The notes under the pieces are model-generated. The model ran no database searches. It was given only the letters and a program-made list of their open reading frames with translations, and was not told the DNA's origin. A stretch of DNA of 57,639 nucleotides, taken from a virus. Its lineage: Duplodnaviria; Caudoviricetes. The translations under genes and the position numbers were made by a program. Location of the stretch: positions 1 through 57,639 of the IMG/VR virus record IMGVR_UViG_3300018083_000005, one strand, 5' to 3'. How positions within the stretch are numbered: position 1 is the first letter of the stretch; each line of letters opens with the position of its first letter. Positions 1 through 8,827 of this stretch are shown here, piece by piece.

Positions 1-123
1 AGCCACACAAAATAGTGCAGCATGGTGTTACCTCCCAGGCTTATGACCGAAGATGGTACACAGTATGGCAACTAGCAGAATGTACGCTAGTACCAGTACC
101 AGCCCAATCATGGCCGACAAACG
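1..123. repeat. 123-bp direct terminal repeat (copy 1), probably circular assembly overlap
   Basis: Bases 1-123 are identical to 57517-57639. Confidence 0.97.
28..111 (-). CDS. 27-aa single-pass membrane peptide
   Basis: MIGLVLVLAYILLVAILCTIFGHKPGR; ATGA overlap with upstream ORF; its 3' end carries the GGGAGGT RBS of the next ORF. Confidence 0.55.
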   Translation of the reverse strand: MIGLVLVLAYILLVAILCTIFGHKPGR

Positions 124-209
124 CTAGGCCACGTGACTTCACGCGGATTCTGCGGTCGATCCCAAAGCGTGTACCAGAGAATCTGTTGGCAAATCTTTGA
201 AACCTTCAT
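108..209 (-). CDS. 33-aa hypothetical early protein
   Basis: MKVSKICQQILWYTLWDRPQNPREVTWPSVCRP preceded by ACCAAGGGAG RBS (217-226). Confidence 0.55.
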   Translation of the reverse strand: MKVSKICQQILWYTLWDRPQNPREVTWPSVCRP

Positions 210-270
210 TTTGTAACTCCCTTGGTGGTGTTAGGTAGGATGCTTAACTTCAGTGTTACCCCTACGATGC

Positions 271-302
271 GAAGTGCCGAAGTGCCGAAGTGCCGAAGTG
301 CC
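271..302. repeat. tandem repeat (GAAGTGCC)x4
   Basis: Four exact 8-bp copies directly after the stop of the 302-496 gene. Confidence 0.95.
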
Positions 303-496
303 TAGCTAGCAGGAACAGCCTTGAGCGTGACCTCCAGGCGCGGATTGTCGGCATTGATGCCGAATCCAGCCAAGTCGCGCTTGTCGAGGTAAAGCGACGG
401 AATACGTGCGACCTCAAACGAGTTCTCCTGCACGATCTCGCCAAAGACGACCTTCTGAGGAGTCGTCTTGACCATTGAAAGCGTCAGCTTCGTCAT
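302..496 (-). CDS. small hypothetical early protein (64 aa)
   Basis: MTKLTLSMVKTTPQKVVFGE...; AAGGGAGG RBS and a promoter-like site directly upstream. Confidence 0.8.
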   Translation of the reverse strand: MTKLTLSMVKTTPQKVVFGEIVQENSFEVARIPSLYLDKRDLAGFGINADNPRLEVTLKAVPAS

Positions 497-520
497 TGTG
501 TACACCTCCCTTCTAGTGGT

Positions 521-539
521 AGTGTAGCCTACGTGTCAA
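521..539 (-). promoter_or_regulatory. short-spacer promoter-like site TTGACA-N7-TACACT
   Basis: Minus strand TTGACAcgtaggcTACACT, about 7 nt upstream of the RBS of 302-496. Confidence 0.75.
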
Positions 540-548
540 ATCGTAGGA

Positions 549-582
549 TTTGCAAGGTAATCATTTCTGATTACCTTGCAAA
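549..582 (-). terminator. perfect 15-bp hairpin with GAAA loop (terminator or processing stem)
   Basis: TTTGCAAGGTAATCA-TTTC-TGATTACCTTGCAAA; loop reads GAAA on the minus strand. Confidence 0.55.
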
Positions 583-1023
583 CCTTACGGGGTTGTGCCG
601 ACCAGCTTGTTATCCTTGGTACGGCAGTGTCGGCATGTACGCAGGAAGTAGAGTTTACCGTCTGCGTATGCGTACAGATGACCGCGCATACCAGGGATGA
701 AAGCATTACCCCTGGCAACACACTTGCAAGGTGCGTAAAGCAGCTTTGTCACGGAAACCTCCGTAGTTGTATTGCAAGTTAGGTATACTGAAAGCCCGGC
801 TTTGCGAAACTTCCAGTTTGTTCTACTGAAAATCCGCAAAATAGGCCGTATACCTAGTAGATGACCTAGTAACTACTGGTAAAGAGCTTTACCAGCCTAG
901 AAGACCCTACGAGATTCGGGGAGTCTCTGTTAGGTGTTGCATACGACAAACATTCGCCAAAAACATGCCCATTTGCAGGGAAAGCTCGTATATCAAACAT
1001 TCCCGCAAACTTCAAACTTTACA

Positions 1024-1044
1024 AAGCGAACGTCTGTTCGCTTT
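1024..1044. promoter_or_regulatory. palindrome containing CGAAC-N4-GTTCG (LexA/Cheo-box-like, or terminator of 1053-1319)
   Basis: aagCGAACgtctGTTCGcttt, core at 1027-1040. Confidence 0.4.
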
Positions 1045-1052
1045 TGGCCTGT

Positions 1053-1319
1053 CTACTGCCACTGAAACTTCAGAAGTTCCTTTATGTTTGCAGGCTTGCG
1101 TCCCCTGCCACCGATGTGCTTGGCGCACATCCTGTGCTTGGTAGTGCCGTTAGGGTTCTTAGTCACAAGAACCGGCTCCTTGCAGCCCTTGACCCTGCAG
1201 TGTTCCAGCGCCACGTGCCGTAGCAGGATGGTCTGTGCAGACTCTCCTGTGACGCGCTTAGCCTTCATGACCGCGTTGCCACGGGGACTTGCAAAGAGAG
1301 GCTCAGCCTTCTTGTACAT
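1053..1319 (-). CDS. small basic protein with Cys/His (zinc-binding-like) motif
   Basis: C-x4-C ... C-x2-H pattern; ACCGAGGGAGG RBS; own promoter-like site. Confidence 0.75.
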   Translation of the reverse strand: MYKKAEPLFASPRGNAVMKAKRVTGESAQTILLRHVALEHCRVKGCKEPVLVTKNPNGTTKHRMCAKHIGGRGRKPANIKELLKFQWQ

Positions 1320-1345
1320 GGTGCCTCCCTCGGTTGCCTACTTGC

Positions 1346-1364
1346 AGTGTAGCAGGCCTGTCAA
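1346..1364 (-). promoter_or_regulatory. short-spacer promoter-like site TTGACA-N7-TACACT
   Basis: TTGACAggcctgcTACACT upstream of 1053-1319. Confidence 0.75.
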
Positions 1365-1421
1365 ATCCCGTAGATTTCGGGTTAGCCGATATTTCCGGGT
1401 TTGTTCTGCCGTGCTAATCGC

Positions 1422-1440
1422 ATGCTACAGGCAGTGTCAA
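1422..1440 (-). promoter_or_regulatory. short-spacer promoter-like site TTGACA-N7-TAGCAT
   Basis: TTGACActgcctgTAGCAT. Confidence 0.6.
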
Positions 1441-1449
1441 ATGTTGTAT

Positions 1450-1480
1450 TGCCCGTGCTACCCCTGCCCGTGCTACCCCT
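1450..1480. repeat. 15-bp tandem duplication TGCCCGTGCTACCCC x2
   Basis: Direct repeat in the non-coding control region. Confidence 0.85.
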
Positions 1481-1537
1481 GCCTGCCTGCCGTGCCTAGC
1501 CTCCCTCCCTCGGTTGCGATCCGGACTTGCACACCGC

Positions 1538-1556
1538 AAGGTGACAGGCCTGTCAA
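1538..1556 (-). promoter_or_regulatory. short-spacer site TTGACA-N7-CACCTT containing perfect palindrome TGACAGGCCTGTCA
   Basis: Weak -10; palindrome at 1542-1555. Confidence 0.5.
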
Positions 1557-1600
1557 ATGTGCCTATGTGCAGGGCTTTCATACGTGCAGACTTGCAACAT

Positions 1601-1619
1601 TTGACAGACCTGCTTTACT
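1601..1619 (+). promoter_or_regulatory. short-spacer promoter-like site TTGACA-N7-TTTACT (divergent, rightward)
   Basis: TTGACAgacctgcTTTACT upstream of the ACCGAGGGAGG RBS of 1662-2306. Confidence 0.65.
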
Positions 1620-1661
1620 TAGTCCTGCAGGAACAATCCTGCACCGACCGAGGGAGGCAAC

Positions 1662-2306
1662 ATGCTTTCATTCTGGTACCAGACCCAAACGGCAGGCGGG
1701 ACTTCCGCACTGCCGGGGATGGTCGAGAGTGTGCAGGACTGGAAGTCTCACACTCCCCTGCAAGTCTCACTCCGGCAGGCAGGACTGAGCGCCGCAGTCG
1801 AGCGCCGCATGCGACGCGACACCATCCTGCAGGCACGGCAGGCCGAGACTGAGCGCCGGTATGCCGTCCGGTACGCACTAGCCGCGCTGAGCGCCATCCT
1901 GCCGGGGATCGAGCGCGACCCCTGCCGATCGGTAGGCGAGCAGTTGCAACGCCGCTACGACGGGCTGAGGCAGGCACGGCGCGAGACTGAGGCAGTCATG
2001 CGGAGTGAGCCGGACGGCAGCACCCCGGCTCTTGCGATCCGCGCTCCAGGGGCGATCAATGGGCAAGAGGCTAGGTACTCCCGTCGGTGGCAGTCGAGCA
2101 GTCGGGCCTACCTTGCGACGCTGGAGGATGAACGCGGGCAGCTACTCGACTGGCAGTGCTACCGGGTGATGCCGGACGGGTCGCGCATCATGGTCGAGAC
2201 TGAGCGCAAGAGCGCCAAGAGCCGGAGCGCCAAGAGCGCCAAGTCCGACCGGCAGGCAAGGCTTCGCGCCGCTGCCGGAACGATCCGGATGGCTGAGCAG
2301 GACTGA
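1662..2306 (+). CDS. Arg/Ala-rich hypothetical early protein
   Basis: 214-aa ORF with strong RBS, own promoter-like site and downstream terminator; KSAKS repeats near the C-terminus. Confidence 0.75.
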   Translation: MLSFWYQTQTAGGTSALPGMVESVQDWKSHTPLQVSLRQAGLSAAVERRMRRDTILQARQAETERRYAVRYALAALSAILPGIERDPCRSVGEQLQRRYDGLRQARRETEAVMRSEPDGSTPALAIRAPGAINGQEARYSRRWQSSSRAYLATLEDERGQLLDWQCYRVMPDGSRIMVETERKSAKSRSAKSAKSDRQARLRAAAGTIRMAEQD

Positions 2307-2322
2307 CGGCAGGCCGAAAGAC

Positions 2323-2351
2323 AGCGGGGAGGGACTGTATCCCTCCCCGCT
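2323..2351 (+). terminator. intrinsic terminator-like hairpin
   Basis: AGCGGGGAGGGA-ctgta-TCCCTCCCCGCT right after the 2306 stop. Confidence 0.75.
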
Positions 2352-2488
2352 TGCGAATCGAGCTACCGTTGTCCAAAAACTACATGTGGTGAATAATCGT
2401 GTTGCCTATTCAGCAATCACTTGTGGCGATAAGTACAAGCCCTGGGCAACACCTACGATGACCCCACAGAGAGGAGGTAACCATTCAC

Positions 2489-2824
2489 ATGTCCATTAAC
2501 GATGATCTTGGATTGAACGACGAGGAGTCTGCACGACTAAAGGAACTGAGCGACGCGCTTCAGTCGGAGTTTCATGAAAACCAATCAAATTCAGACGGGA
2601 CGCGCAAAAGTGCATTGCAGGATATTGAGGATTTGCGCGCAGACTTCTTGGCTGCAATTAAACACGTGACTCGTCACGCGCAGAGTGATGCCCTCAAAGC
2701 GAAGGTTGCTATGTGGGGCTACGAGAAGTTGCTTGAACAGGGTAAGGCGAGTGTTGACCCGATCAGGGAACTTATCGAAGGCATGGAAAGCGCGAGGCAA
2801 ACTGTTAAGACTACTAAGGACTAG
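2489..2824 (+). CDS. putative terminase small subunit
   Basis: First gene of the rightward operon, AGGAGGT RBS, 111-aa helical protein; function inferred from position only. Confidence 0.5.
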   Translation: MSINDDLGLNDEESARLKELSDALQSEFHENQSNSDGTRKSALQDIEDLRADFLAAIKHVTRHAQSDALKAKVAMWGYEKLLEQGKASVDPIRELIEGMESARQTVKTTKD

Positions 2825-2834
2825 GAGGTAACTA

Positions 2835-3479
2835 ATGGCATCATTGACTGCTACCCCGAATCCGGGCGCAGTAGGTACGCCTGTAACACTTTTGGGAGAA
2901 GGCTTTGCAAACTCCACAGAGGTCATTGTTGAGATTGCTGGCGCTGGTTTCAAGTCGGAAATTGTGTCGTCCGGTGCAGGAGCGTTTAGTTCGGCAGGTT
3001 TGGCAGATCACGCCACTGTGACGCTCACATCGACAGGTAACGCGGCCACGTCTGAAACGGTCACACTAGGTACACAGGTCTATACGCTTAGGTCGGGTAC
3101 GAACACGTTGCTGCCTAACGAGATTAGGCTAGGTGCTGCAGCGACCGATACGCTCGACAATATCAAGGCGGCTGTGAACAATGCTGCAGGCGAGGGCGTA
3201 ACCTACGGACTTGGTACGCTGAAGAATGCTGACGTGTTTGCAGGGCCGAAGACGGCTACCACGATTATCTTCTATGCACGTAAGCCCGGTACGATCGGTA
3301 ACAGCATTGTTTCGACTGAAACCCTGACAACCAATGCGTTTGGTGCGGGTACGCTTACAGGAGGCGCTGCTGCGCTTGCTAAGGCACTTGATTGGACGCC
3401 TGCAGATGAAGGAACCTTTAGAGTCACTGCGACGGATGGAACGAACTCAGCTGCGCTCGACGTGAGAATCTTCACTTAA
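2835..3479 (+). CDS. virion structural protein (Thr/Gly/Ala-rich, Ig-like)
   Basis: Beta-rich composition, AGGAGGT RBS, inside structural operon. Confidence 0.7.
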   Translation: MASLTATPNPGAVGTPVTLLGEGFANSTEVIVEIAGAGFKSEIVSSGAGAFSSAGLADHATVTLTSTGNAATSETVTLGTQVYTLRSGTNTLLPNEIRLGAAATDTLDNIKAAVNNAAGEGVTYGLGTLKNADVFAGPKTATTIIFYARKPGTIGNSIVSTETLTTNAFGAGTLTGGAAALAKALDWTPADEGTFRVTATDGTNSAALDVRIFT

Positions 3480-3488
3480 ACGTAAATC

Positions 3489-3953
3489 ATGGCTGATGGC
3501 GTAACCCTACCACTAAGCGGCGCTGGCGATGTTACAGCGATTGTTGCAACCGACGACGCTGGTGCATTTGGGCAGATACAGTTAATTGGATTTGCTGTAC
3601 AATCGCCACAAGTTCAGATACTTCAATCGGTTAACTTGGCTGCGGGTGTCAATGTTGATTTGACGGCTGCAGATATTACTACAGGCAAGCTAGGACGTTT
3701 GCTTGGTGCAGATATAGGTTGTTCTGTGCCGATTCGATGTGACCTACAAACTATTAGCGGCGCACGGACTACGCGAACCACGGTTTACACAAGGGAAGGG
3801 CAGACCTTCCCGTGGCGAGTGCCGATGGGCGGTAAATGGATTGAACTTGCAGGAGGCGCTGGCAAGGCTTTTGGCGCTTCGATTACAAACCTCGACGCGG
3901 CTCAAGCTGCCGATGTACGTGTAATTCTCTATTGGGATGAGGCAAATCCGTAA
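3489..3953 (+). CDS. virion protein, paralogue of the C-terminal domain of 4638-6254
   Basis: Shares G[CA]SVP..GQT..TNLDA..AAD pattern with the C-terminus of 4638-6254. Confidence 0.7.
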   Translation: MADGVTLPLSGAGDVTAIVATDDAGAFGQIQLIGFAVQSPQVQILQSVNLAAGVNVDLTAADITTGKLGRLLGADIGCSVPIRCDLQTISGARTTRTTVYTREGQTFPWRVPMGGKWIELAGGAGKAFGASITNLDAAQAADVRVILYWDEANP

Positions 3954-4252
3954 TGGCTGATGTTCGCGCAAAGAAAGCTAAGGTTGCTCCAACTAGTAAG
4001 CCTAAGAAACCCAGAGCACCGCGTAAGCTCTATACGCTTACTGCTGATGAACTGCTTGAGTACCAAAACAGGCACAGGTTGCTCTTGACAAAGCAGATGG
4101 AGTTCCATGCAGCTAGTAACTATATGGATATATACCAGAACGCACTAATTGAGGAACACGGACTCCCGATCAAGTTTAACCTCAACATCGAAACTGGCAT
4201 TGTTACCGAGGTGGGGGTGGAGGAACCTAATGCCCAAAATGGTCGTGTATGA
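3953..4252 (+). CDS. hypothetical protein, possible fibre chaperone
   Basis: TAATG-coupled; begins MADVR. Confidence 0.7.
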   Translation: MADVRAKKAKVAPTSKPKKPRAPRKLYTLTADELLEYQNRHRLLLTKQMEFHAASNYMDIYQNALIEEHGLPIKFNLNIETGIVTEVGVEEPNAQNGRV

Positions 4253-4418
4253 ACTTTTTGAGGTAGAGGCCAAGTCGCCCGAAGCTGCAAAGGAAGCAGT
4301 CCAAAAGAAGTCGAAGAAGAATTCCGTGATCGTAGCGGCTTCTAGTCTAAATGAACTGGCGCACCCGGTTCACCTAGCCGAAGCTCAAGACAAGTTCGGC
4401 TCTGACGATGGCAGATAA
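4230..4418 (+). CDS. small hypothetical protein
   Basis: Start reassigned to ATG 4230 (MPKMVVYELF), behind GGAGG. Confidence 0.65.
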   Translation: MPKMVVYELFEVEAKSPEAAKEAVQKKSKKNSVIVAASSLNELAHPVHLAEAQDKFGSDDGR

Positions 4419-4638
4419 AGGCCCAGGCCCACAGGAGCTAGTCCGGAAGCGGGTCACCGCTGAAATCAAACGCCTTGAGTTTATGATTGAGTCACAGGAG
4501 CTTGAGGTTATGGAAACGTTCGACAAGATCGAACGACTCAAGGAAAACATCGAGGCGTCTAAAAAGGAGATTGAGAAACAGGAGGGCAACTTGGAAGCTA
4601 TCGATAAGGACAACCCTGAAGGGGGTGAAGAAGCCTAA
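4408..4638 (+). CDS. coiled-coil protein
   Basis: E/K-rich heptad pattern; coupled to the next gene by TAATG. Confidence 0.75.
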   Translation: MADKGPGPQELVRKRVTAEIKRLEFMIESQELEVMETFDKIERLKENIEASKKEIEKQEGNLEAIDKDNPEGGEEA

Positions 4639-6254
4639 TGGCTGACGTTCGCGTACTGCCTGACGTAAAGATTTCGGATGCAACTACACCATCCCAACAG
4701 GTTGCTGTCGATGCTTCCGGCCGCCTATCCGTCAACCTAACTGCATCATCTGCAACTGTCACTGTCGATTCGGAGCTACCAGCGGCATCAGCACTATCGT
4801 CGGATGCTGTTGCTAACCCGACTACTTCGACAATAGGATCGCATAACTATACGTATAACGGTACCAACTGGGATCGTCAGAGAAGTGCTGCTGCTGCACA
4901 GGATACAACTGGTACAGGAATTGCAGCGGCGGGTATCCTTGCACAGCTTGACGATGCTGCAACCGCGACGGTTACTGAGAACCAGTTTGCACCTGTGCGC
5001 CTTTCGTCCAGAAGGGCGCTGCTGGTTGAAGGTGTAGCGTCCGGTACAAACCTCAATGTTGCAATTGCGGCATCTTCCGCAACGGTAACGGTTGATACGG
5101 AACTTCCGGCTGCAGCGGCGCTTTCAGATACGACGGCTAACCCGACAACTGCAATGATCGGTGCGGCTGGCATGTTGTGGGACGGCTCTACGAACTGGAT
5201 TAGAGCGAAGTCTGCAGCTACGCTTGCTGATGCCCTTGCGAACCCTGGTTCTGGGCTTTCACAGAGTCAGGTGTTTCTCATGGGTTACAACGGTACGACA
5301 TGGGATCGCGTTAGAACTGCAAACACTGGTCGTCTGCAAGTTGACGTGATTACTGGTGGTGGCGGTACTCCCGCCAACATCATCGTTGACAATGCTGCCT
5401 TTACCGATGGTACTACCTCAATCGGTATCGCAGGATTTATCTTCGATGAAACTGCTGGTACTGCACTTACCGAGAATGACGGTGCCGCTGCACGTGTGGA
5501 TTCCAAGCGCGCACAGGTCATGGTCATTGAAGATGCGACGACTCGCGGACAGCGATCTGCGGTAGATGCATCTGGACGTTTGAGTGTTAACCTTACGGCA
5601 TCGTCCGCAACTGTGACGGTTGATACCGAGCTTCCCGCCGCCGCAGCTTTGTCGGATACGACTGCTAACCCCACTACTTCCATGATCGGCTCTGCCGGAA
5701 TGTTGTGGGATGGTACGACTAACTGGATCAGGGCCAAGAGTGCTGCTACTTTGGCTGATGCACTCGCTAACCCCGGTGCAGGTTTGGGTCAACAGCAAGT
5801 GTTCCTGATGGGTTACAACGGAACCACGTGGGATCGTGTTCGCACTGCTAACACAGGACGCTTGCAGGTCGATGTTATTACGGGTGGCGGTACGAACACG
5901 CCGACCGCGCCTAACCCGAACTACAACACTGCAGCGTCTATTGCGGCAGGCTCTACGTCGAACCACGATACTGCCGACTTCGGTGCAGCTACGAAAGCTG
6001 TTCGCTCTGTGATCATGGGTGCTTCGGTGCCGATGAAGGGTGAGCTTCAGTATGTTGACAACGCAGTTGGTACGACGCTGGCAGTGTTCTTCACTGCTGC
6101 AGGACAGACTCAGACGTTCAAGCCTGAGCATCCTGACTACTGGAAGCACACGTTTTCTGCAACTGCAGGACTCGACGCTTTCAGACTAATCCGCACAAAC
6201 CTCGATGCGTCTGAAGCTGCTGACCTTTACAGCATGGTCATGCACGAAGGCTAA
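4638..6254 (+). CDS. repeat-containing fibre protein (head or collar fibre-like)
   Basis: 538 aa, Ala/Thr-rich, repeated YNGTTWDR / GRLxVxx units, ~100-aa internal duplication (about 5067-5366 vs 5595-5891). Confidence 0.8.
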   Translation: MADVRVLPDVKISDATTPSQQVAVDASGRLSVNLTASSATVTVDSELPAASALSSDAVANPTTSTIGSHNYTYNGTNWDRQRSAAAAQDTTGTGIAAAGILAQLDDAATATVTENQFAPVRLSSRRALLVEGVASGTNLNVAIAASSATVTVDTELPAAAALSDTTANPTTAMIGAAGMLWDGSTNWIRAKSAATLADALANPGSGLSQSQVFLMGYNGTTWDRVRTANTGRLQVDVITGGGGTPANIIVDNAAFTDGTTSIGIAGFIFDETAGTALTENDGAAARVDSKRAQVMVIEDATTRGQRSAVDASGRLSVNLTASSATVTVDTELPAAAALSDTTANPTTSMIGSAGMLWDGTTNWIRAKSAATLADALANPGAGLGQQQVFLMGYNGTTWDRVRTANTGRLQVDVITGGGTNTPTAPNPNYNTAASIAAGSTSNHDTADFGAATKAVRSVIMGASVPMKGELQYVDNAVGTTLAVFFTAAGQTQTFKPEHPDYWKHTFSATAGLDAFRLIRTNLDASEAADLYSMVMHEG

Positions 6255-6263
6255 TAGATAATA

Positions 6264-6287
6264 GGGGCAGGGAAACCTGCCCCCTTT
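6264..6287 (+). terminator. intrinsic terminator
   Basis: GGGGCAGG-GAAA-CCTGCCCC followed by CTTT. Confidence 0.8.
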
Positions 6288-6302
6288 ACATAATGGAGAT
6301 AT

Positions 6303-7163
6303 ATGGCGGACGTTAGGCCAAGCCCACAATCGCAGGGTTATGTATGGGATGGGTCAGCATGGCAGCCTGTTACAAGTATTGCTGCTATGGCTACTGCACC
6401 CAATACAACGACTGCTCCAACAGTGCCGATTTTGGGAGTTGGCCCTGGCTTTGATATCAAGGCCGATCCAGCCAACCTCGGTACTGCGGCTAACTCTGCG
6501 ATCACTCGCAATGTCGATGGTGCAGACATGGCTATGTATTATGTCGGCACTGGTACAACAGGTACACTTACCTTTGAAGTCACGGCTGATGATACAAACT
6601 GGGTCGGCGCAGAGTTTATGGAAGAACCAGTTGGTATTGGTTTAACAGGAACCAATCCAATTCCTGTAGCTGGCAAGGTCTATCGAGTTAAGCTATCCGG
6701 ATGGCGACAGCATAGAGTTCGTACTGTTACGACGCTTGGTGCTACAGTTGCAATAAAAACGACTCAGCACTTCGGCTACCCGGCTGCCAATCCCGCACCC
6801 CACGAAATATCCTTTGCATATGTTAATAAAGTTGTGCAGACTACAACGACACAGACAGGATCAGATATTTGGTCGCCTGCATCGGGTAAGCGCATCGTTG
6901 TTACCTTTATTCAGATTCAGGCTGGTGGTACAACTGCGGGTACAGTGCAGGTTTGGTTTGGTCTAACTGCTGATACCACTTATTCACGTGGTACAGATCG
7001 TGCAATCTTCGATGGTGAGTTTGCACCATCGGCTACACTTAAGCCGGGTTGGTCAGCGGTAGGTCAGCCACTCACTCACGGTATCCCCGACGAGGAAATC
7101 CACCTGACTACATCTGCTGCTATTAACCCATTGACAGTTAACGTGTGGGGATACGAAGTATAA
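6303..7163 (+). CDS. virion protein with two beta-sandwich-like domains
   Basis: Begins MADVR, YVWDGSAWQ fibre motif, GGAG RBS. Confidence 0.75.
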   Translation: MADVRPSPQSQGYVWDGSAWQPVTSIAAMATAPNTTTAPTVPILGVGPGFDIKADPANLGTAANSAITRNVDGADMAMYYVGTGTTGTLTFEVTADDTNWVGAEFMEEPVGIGLTGTNPIPVAGKVYRVKLSGWRQHRVRTVTTLGATVAIKTTQHFGYPAANPAPHEISFAYVNKVVQTTTTQTGSDIWSPASGKRIVVTFIQIQAGGTTAGTVQVWFGLTADTTYSRGTDRAIFDGEFAPSATLKPGWSAVGQPLTHGIPDEEIHLTTSAAINPLTVNVWGYEV

Positions 7164-7181
7164 TTAGAACGGAGAAAATAG

Positions 7182-7604
7182 ATGGCGACATTTGCGATCT
7201 TCTATAAGGAGCAAGACCTCACTGCGATAGCAGCGTGGGCGACTTCTCCTGATCTAATTACAGGAGCAGAACGCAACTACGCCAATCGTCTTTGGAACGG
7301 GGGATTGAATCAATGGGCCTCTGCCCCTCAAGCAGCACAGGATACAAACGAAGCCTGCGTAATCATTCCGTTTGAACCAATCCCAGGTGAGATTGACCCC
7401 GATGCAACTTGGAGTCAACTTCCTGATGGTAAGTGGCTCGTTTGTGATCCGACCATGCGCCGTATTGTAATATCTGGTACGCAAGTTTCTAAGGCACAGA
7501 CGGTGGCGTGGCTACGGCAACTTGCAGTCAATCATCCAAACGCAATCTACATGGATGCTATTGCAGAAGATGTGCAGAACACGGCAAAGGAGCCGTATCC
7601 GTAA
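7182..7604 (+). CDS. hypothetical protein
   Basis: 140-aa ORF with GGAG RBS in operon. Confidence 0.75.
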   Translation: MATFAIFYKEQDLTAIAAWATSPDLITGAERNYANRLWNGGLNQWASAPQAAQDTNEACVIIPFEPIPGEIDPDATWSQLPDGKWLVCDPTMRRIVISGTQVSKAQTVAWLRQLAVNHPNAIYMDAIAEDVQNTAKEPYP

Positions 7605-8819
7605 ATGGCAAGATTGATCACCGGCGGATTTGAGTGGAATAGTATCTACGCGGATGCATCGCCCTATGTCACTGGTACTGCAACGATTGCGGCTGCTGCT
7701 GCACGAACAGGATCGTATGGCCTGCGACTAGGTGATAGCCAGTTTATTGGATACACGATTCCAGGGGCAGTTGTGTCTCGCACGTATTTTCACCGTTTTT
7801 ATCTTAGAACGAGTGCTGCTCCTGCTGTAGCTTCACGACTCTGGGTTGCATCTGACCTTTCAAGTGGACTTGATCCGTTTCTAAGACTCAATACTGACCT
7901 AACCCTTCAGGCCATGTACGACACTAATAGTCCTGTAGCCCTTGGCTCACCGTCTGCTGCACTTTCGACAAATACTTGGTATCGGATCGAGTGTTCCTAT
8001 CGAATAAATACCAGCACGAACGATGACGCCTTCGAAGTTCTGATTGACGGCACATCTTTGGCGTCGTCTACCACGCTAAACCTTGGAACTGGTGCCATCG
8101 TCCGCTTTGCTATTGGCTCTAGCGCCCAAGCTCACGGCGTAAATCTTGACTTCGACGATATAGCTGTCAACGATGATCAGGGTGCTAGTCAGAACTCTTG
8201 GCCGGGGTCGGGGAACGTCGTCTTGTGTCTCCCCATCTCCGATTCTCAGGATGGATCATGGACAGGCGGTGCAGGTGGCACAGGTATTGACCTTTCGCTC
8301 GCAGTAAAGAACACCCCTCCGACGGGTACCGCGACAGAAACGGATACAACGCAGATAGAATCTATTGATGCGTCTGGTGATAACGCCACCGACGAGTACC
8401 GCGCTAATCTCACAACATATACCAATGCTGGTATTGGAGGAAGCGATACCATTACCCTGATCCAACCTATGTGTATCCATGGCGAGGACGTGGGGACGGG
8501 CACGAAGACTGGATCATTAGGATTGCAAGCAAATCCTTCTCAGACCTATGCCACCTTTACATATGCTGATGATATTGGGGCGCTAGCAACGTTTGGTGGT
8601 GCTTTCGATACAAACTGGAAAACTAAAAATGGTGCCCCTGTTTACGCACCGTCAGTCACTCTGGGGTCGTCGCCAGTTCTTGCAGTTCGTAAAACGGATG
8701 CAGGTACTCGCGTTGCATCGGTATGCGCTATGGGTTTGTACGTAGACTATATTCCCGCTGCTGGTGGCGCGACAGAAGACGTATTTCCATATGTCGGCGG
8801 CGGATACTTTCCTACTTAG
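7605..8819 (+). CDS. virion protein with lectin/LamG-like N-terminal domain
   Basis: GFE...ARTGSYGL...TNTWYRIE...FDDIAVND pattern typical of concanavalin-like domains in phage fibres. Confidence 0.7.
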   Translation: MARLITGGFEWNSIYADASPYVTGTATIAAAAARTGSYGLRLGDSQFIGYTIPGAVVSRTYFHRFYLRTSAAPAVASRLWVASDLSSGLDPFLRLNTDLTLQAMYDTNSPVALGSPSAALSTNTWYRIECSYRINTSTNDDAFEVLIDGTSLASSTTLNLGTGAIVRFAIGSSAQAHGVNLDFDDIAVNDDQGASQNSWPGSGNVVLCLPISDSQDGSWTGGAGGTGIDLSLAVKNTPPTGTATETDTTQIESIDASGDNATDEYRANLTTYTNAGIGGSDTITLIQPMCIHGEDVGTGTKTGSLGLQANPSQTYATFTYADDIGALATFGGAFDTNWKTKNGAPVYAPSVTLGSSPVLAVRKTDAGTRVASVCAMGLYVDYIPAAGGATEDVFPYVGGGYFPT

Positions 8820-8827
8820 GAGTAAAT

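Noticed and set aside
1-123. Terminal repeat as a physical phage DTR
   Set aside because: It falls in the middle of a run of small minus-strand ORFs and has the size of an assembly overlap; true ends need read data.
271-302. GAAGTGCC repeats as a CRISPR or iteron array
   Set aside because: 8-bp units with no spacers; only a simple tandem repeat can be supported.
536-839. ORFs 536-721, 576-782 and 585-839
   Set aside because: No RBS, overlapping hairpin-rich sequence, no recognisable motifs.
1084-1977. Long ORFs 1084-1788(+), 1514-1852(+) and 1615-1977(-)
   Set aside because: Shadow frames crossing promoters and better-supported genes in GC-rich DNA.
5418-6149. 243-aa minus-strand ORF and similar antisense ORFs throughout the virion arm
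   Set aside because: Antisense shadows of well-supported + strand genes.
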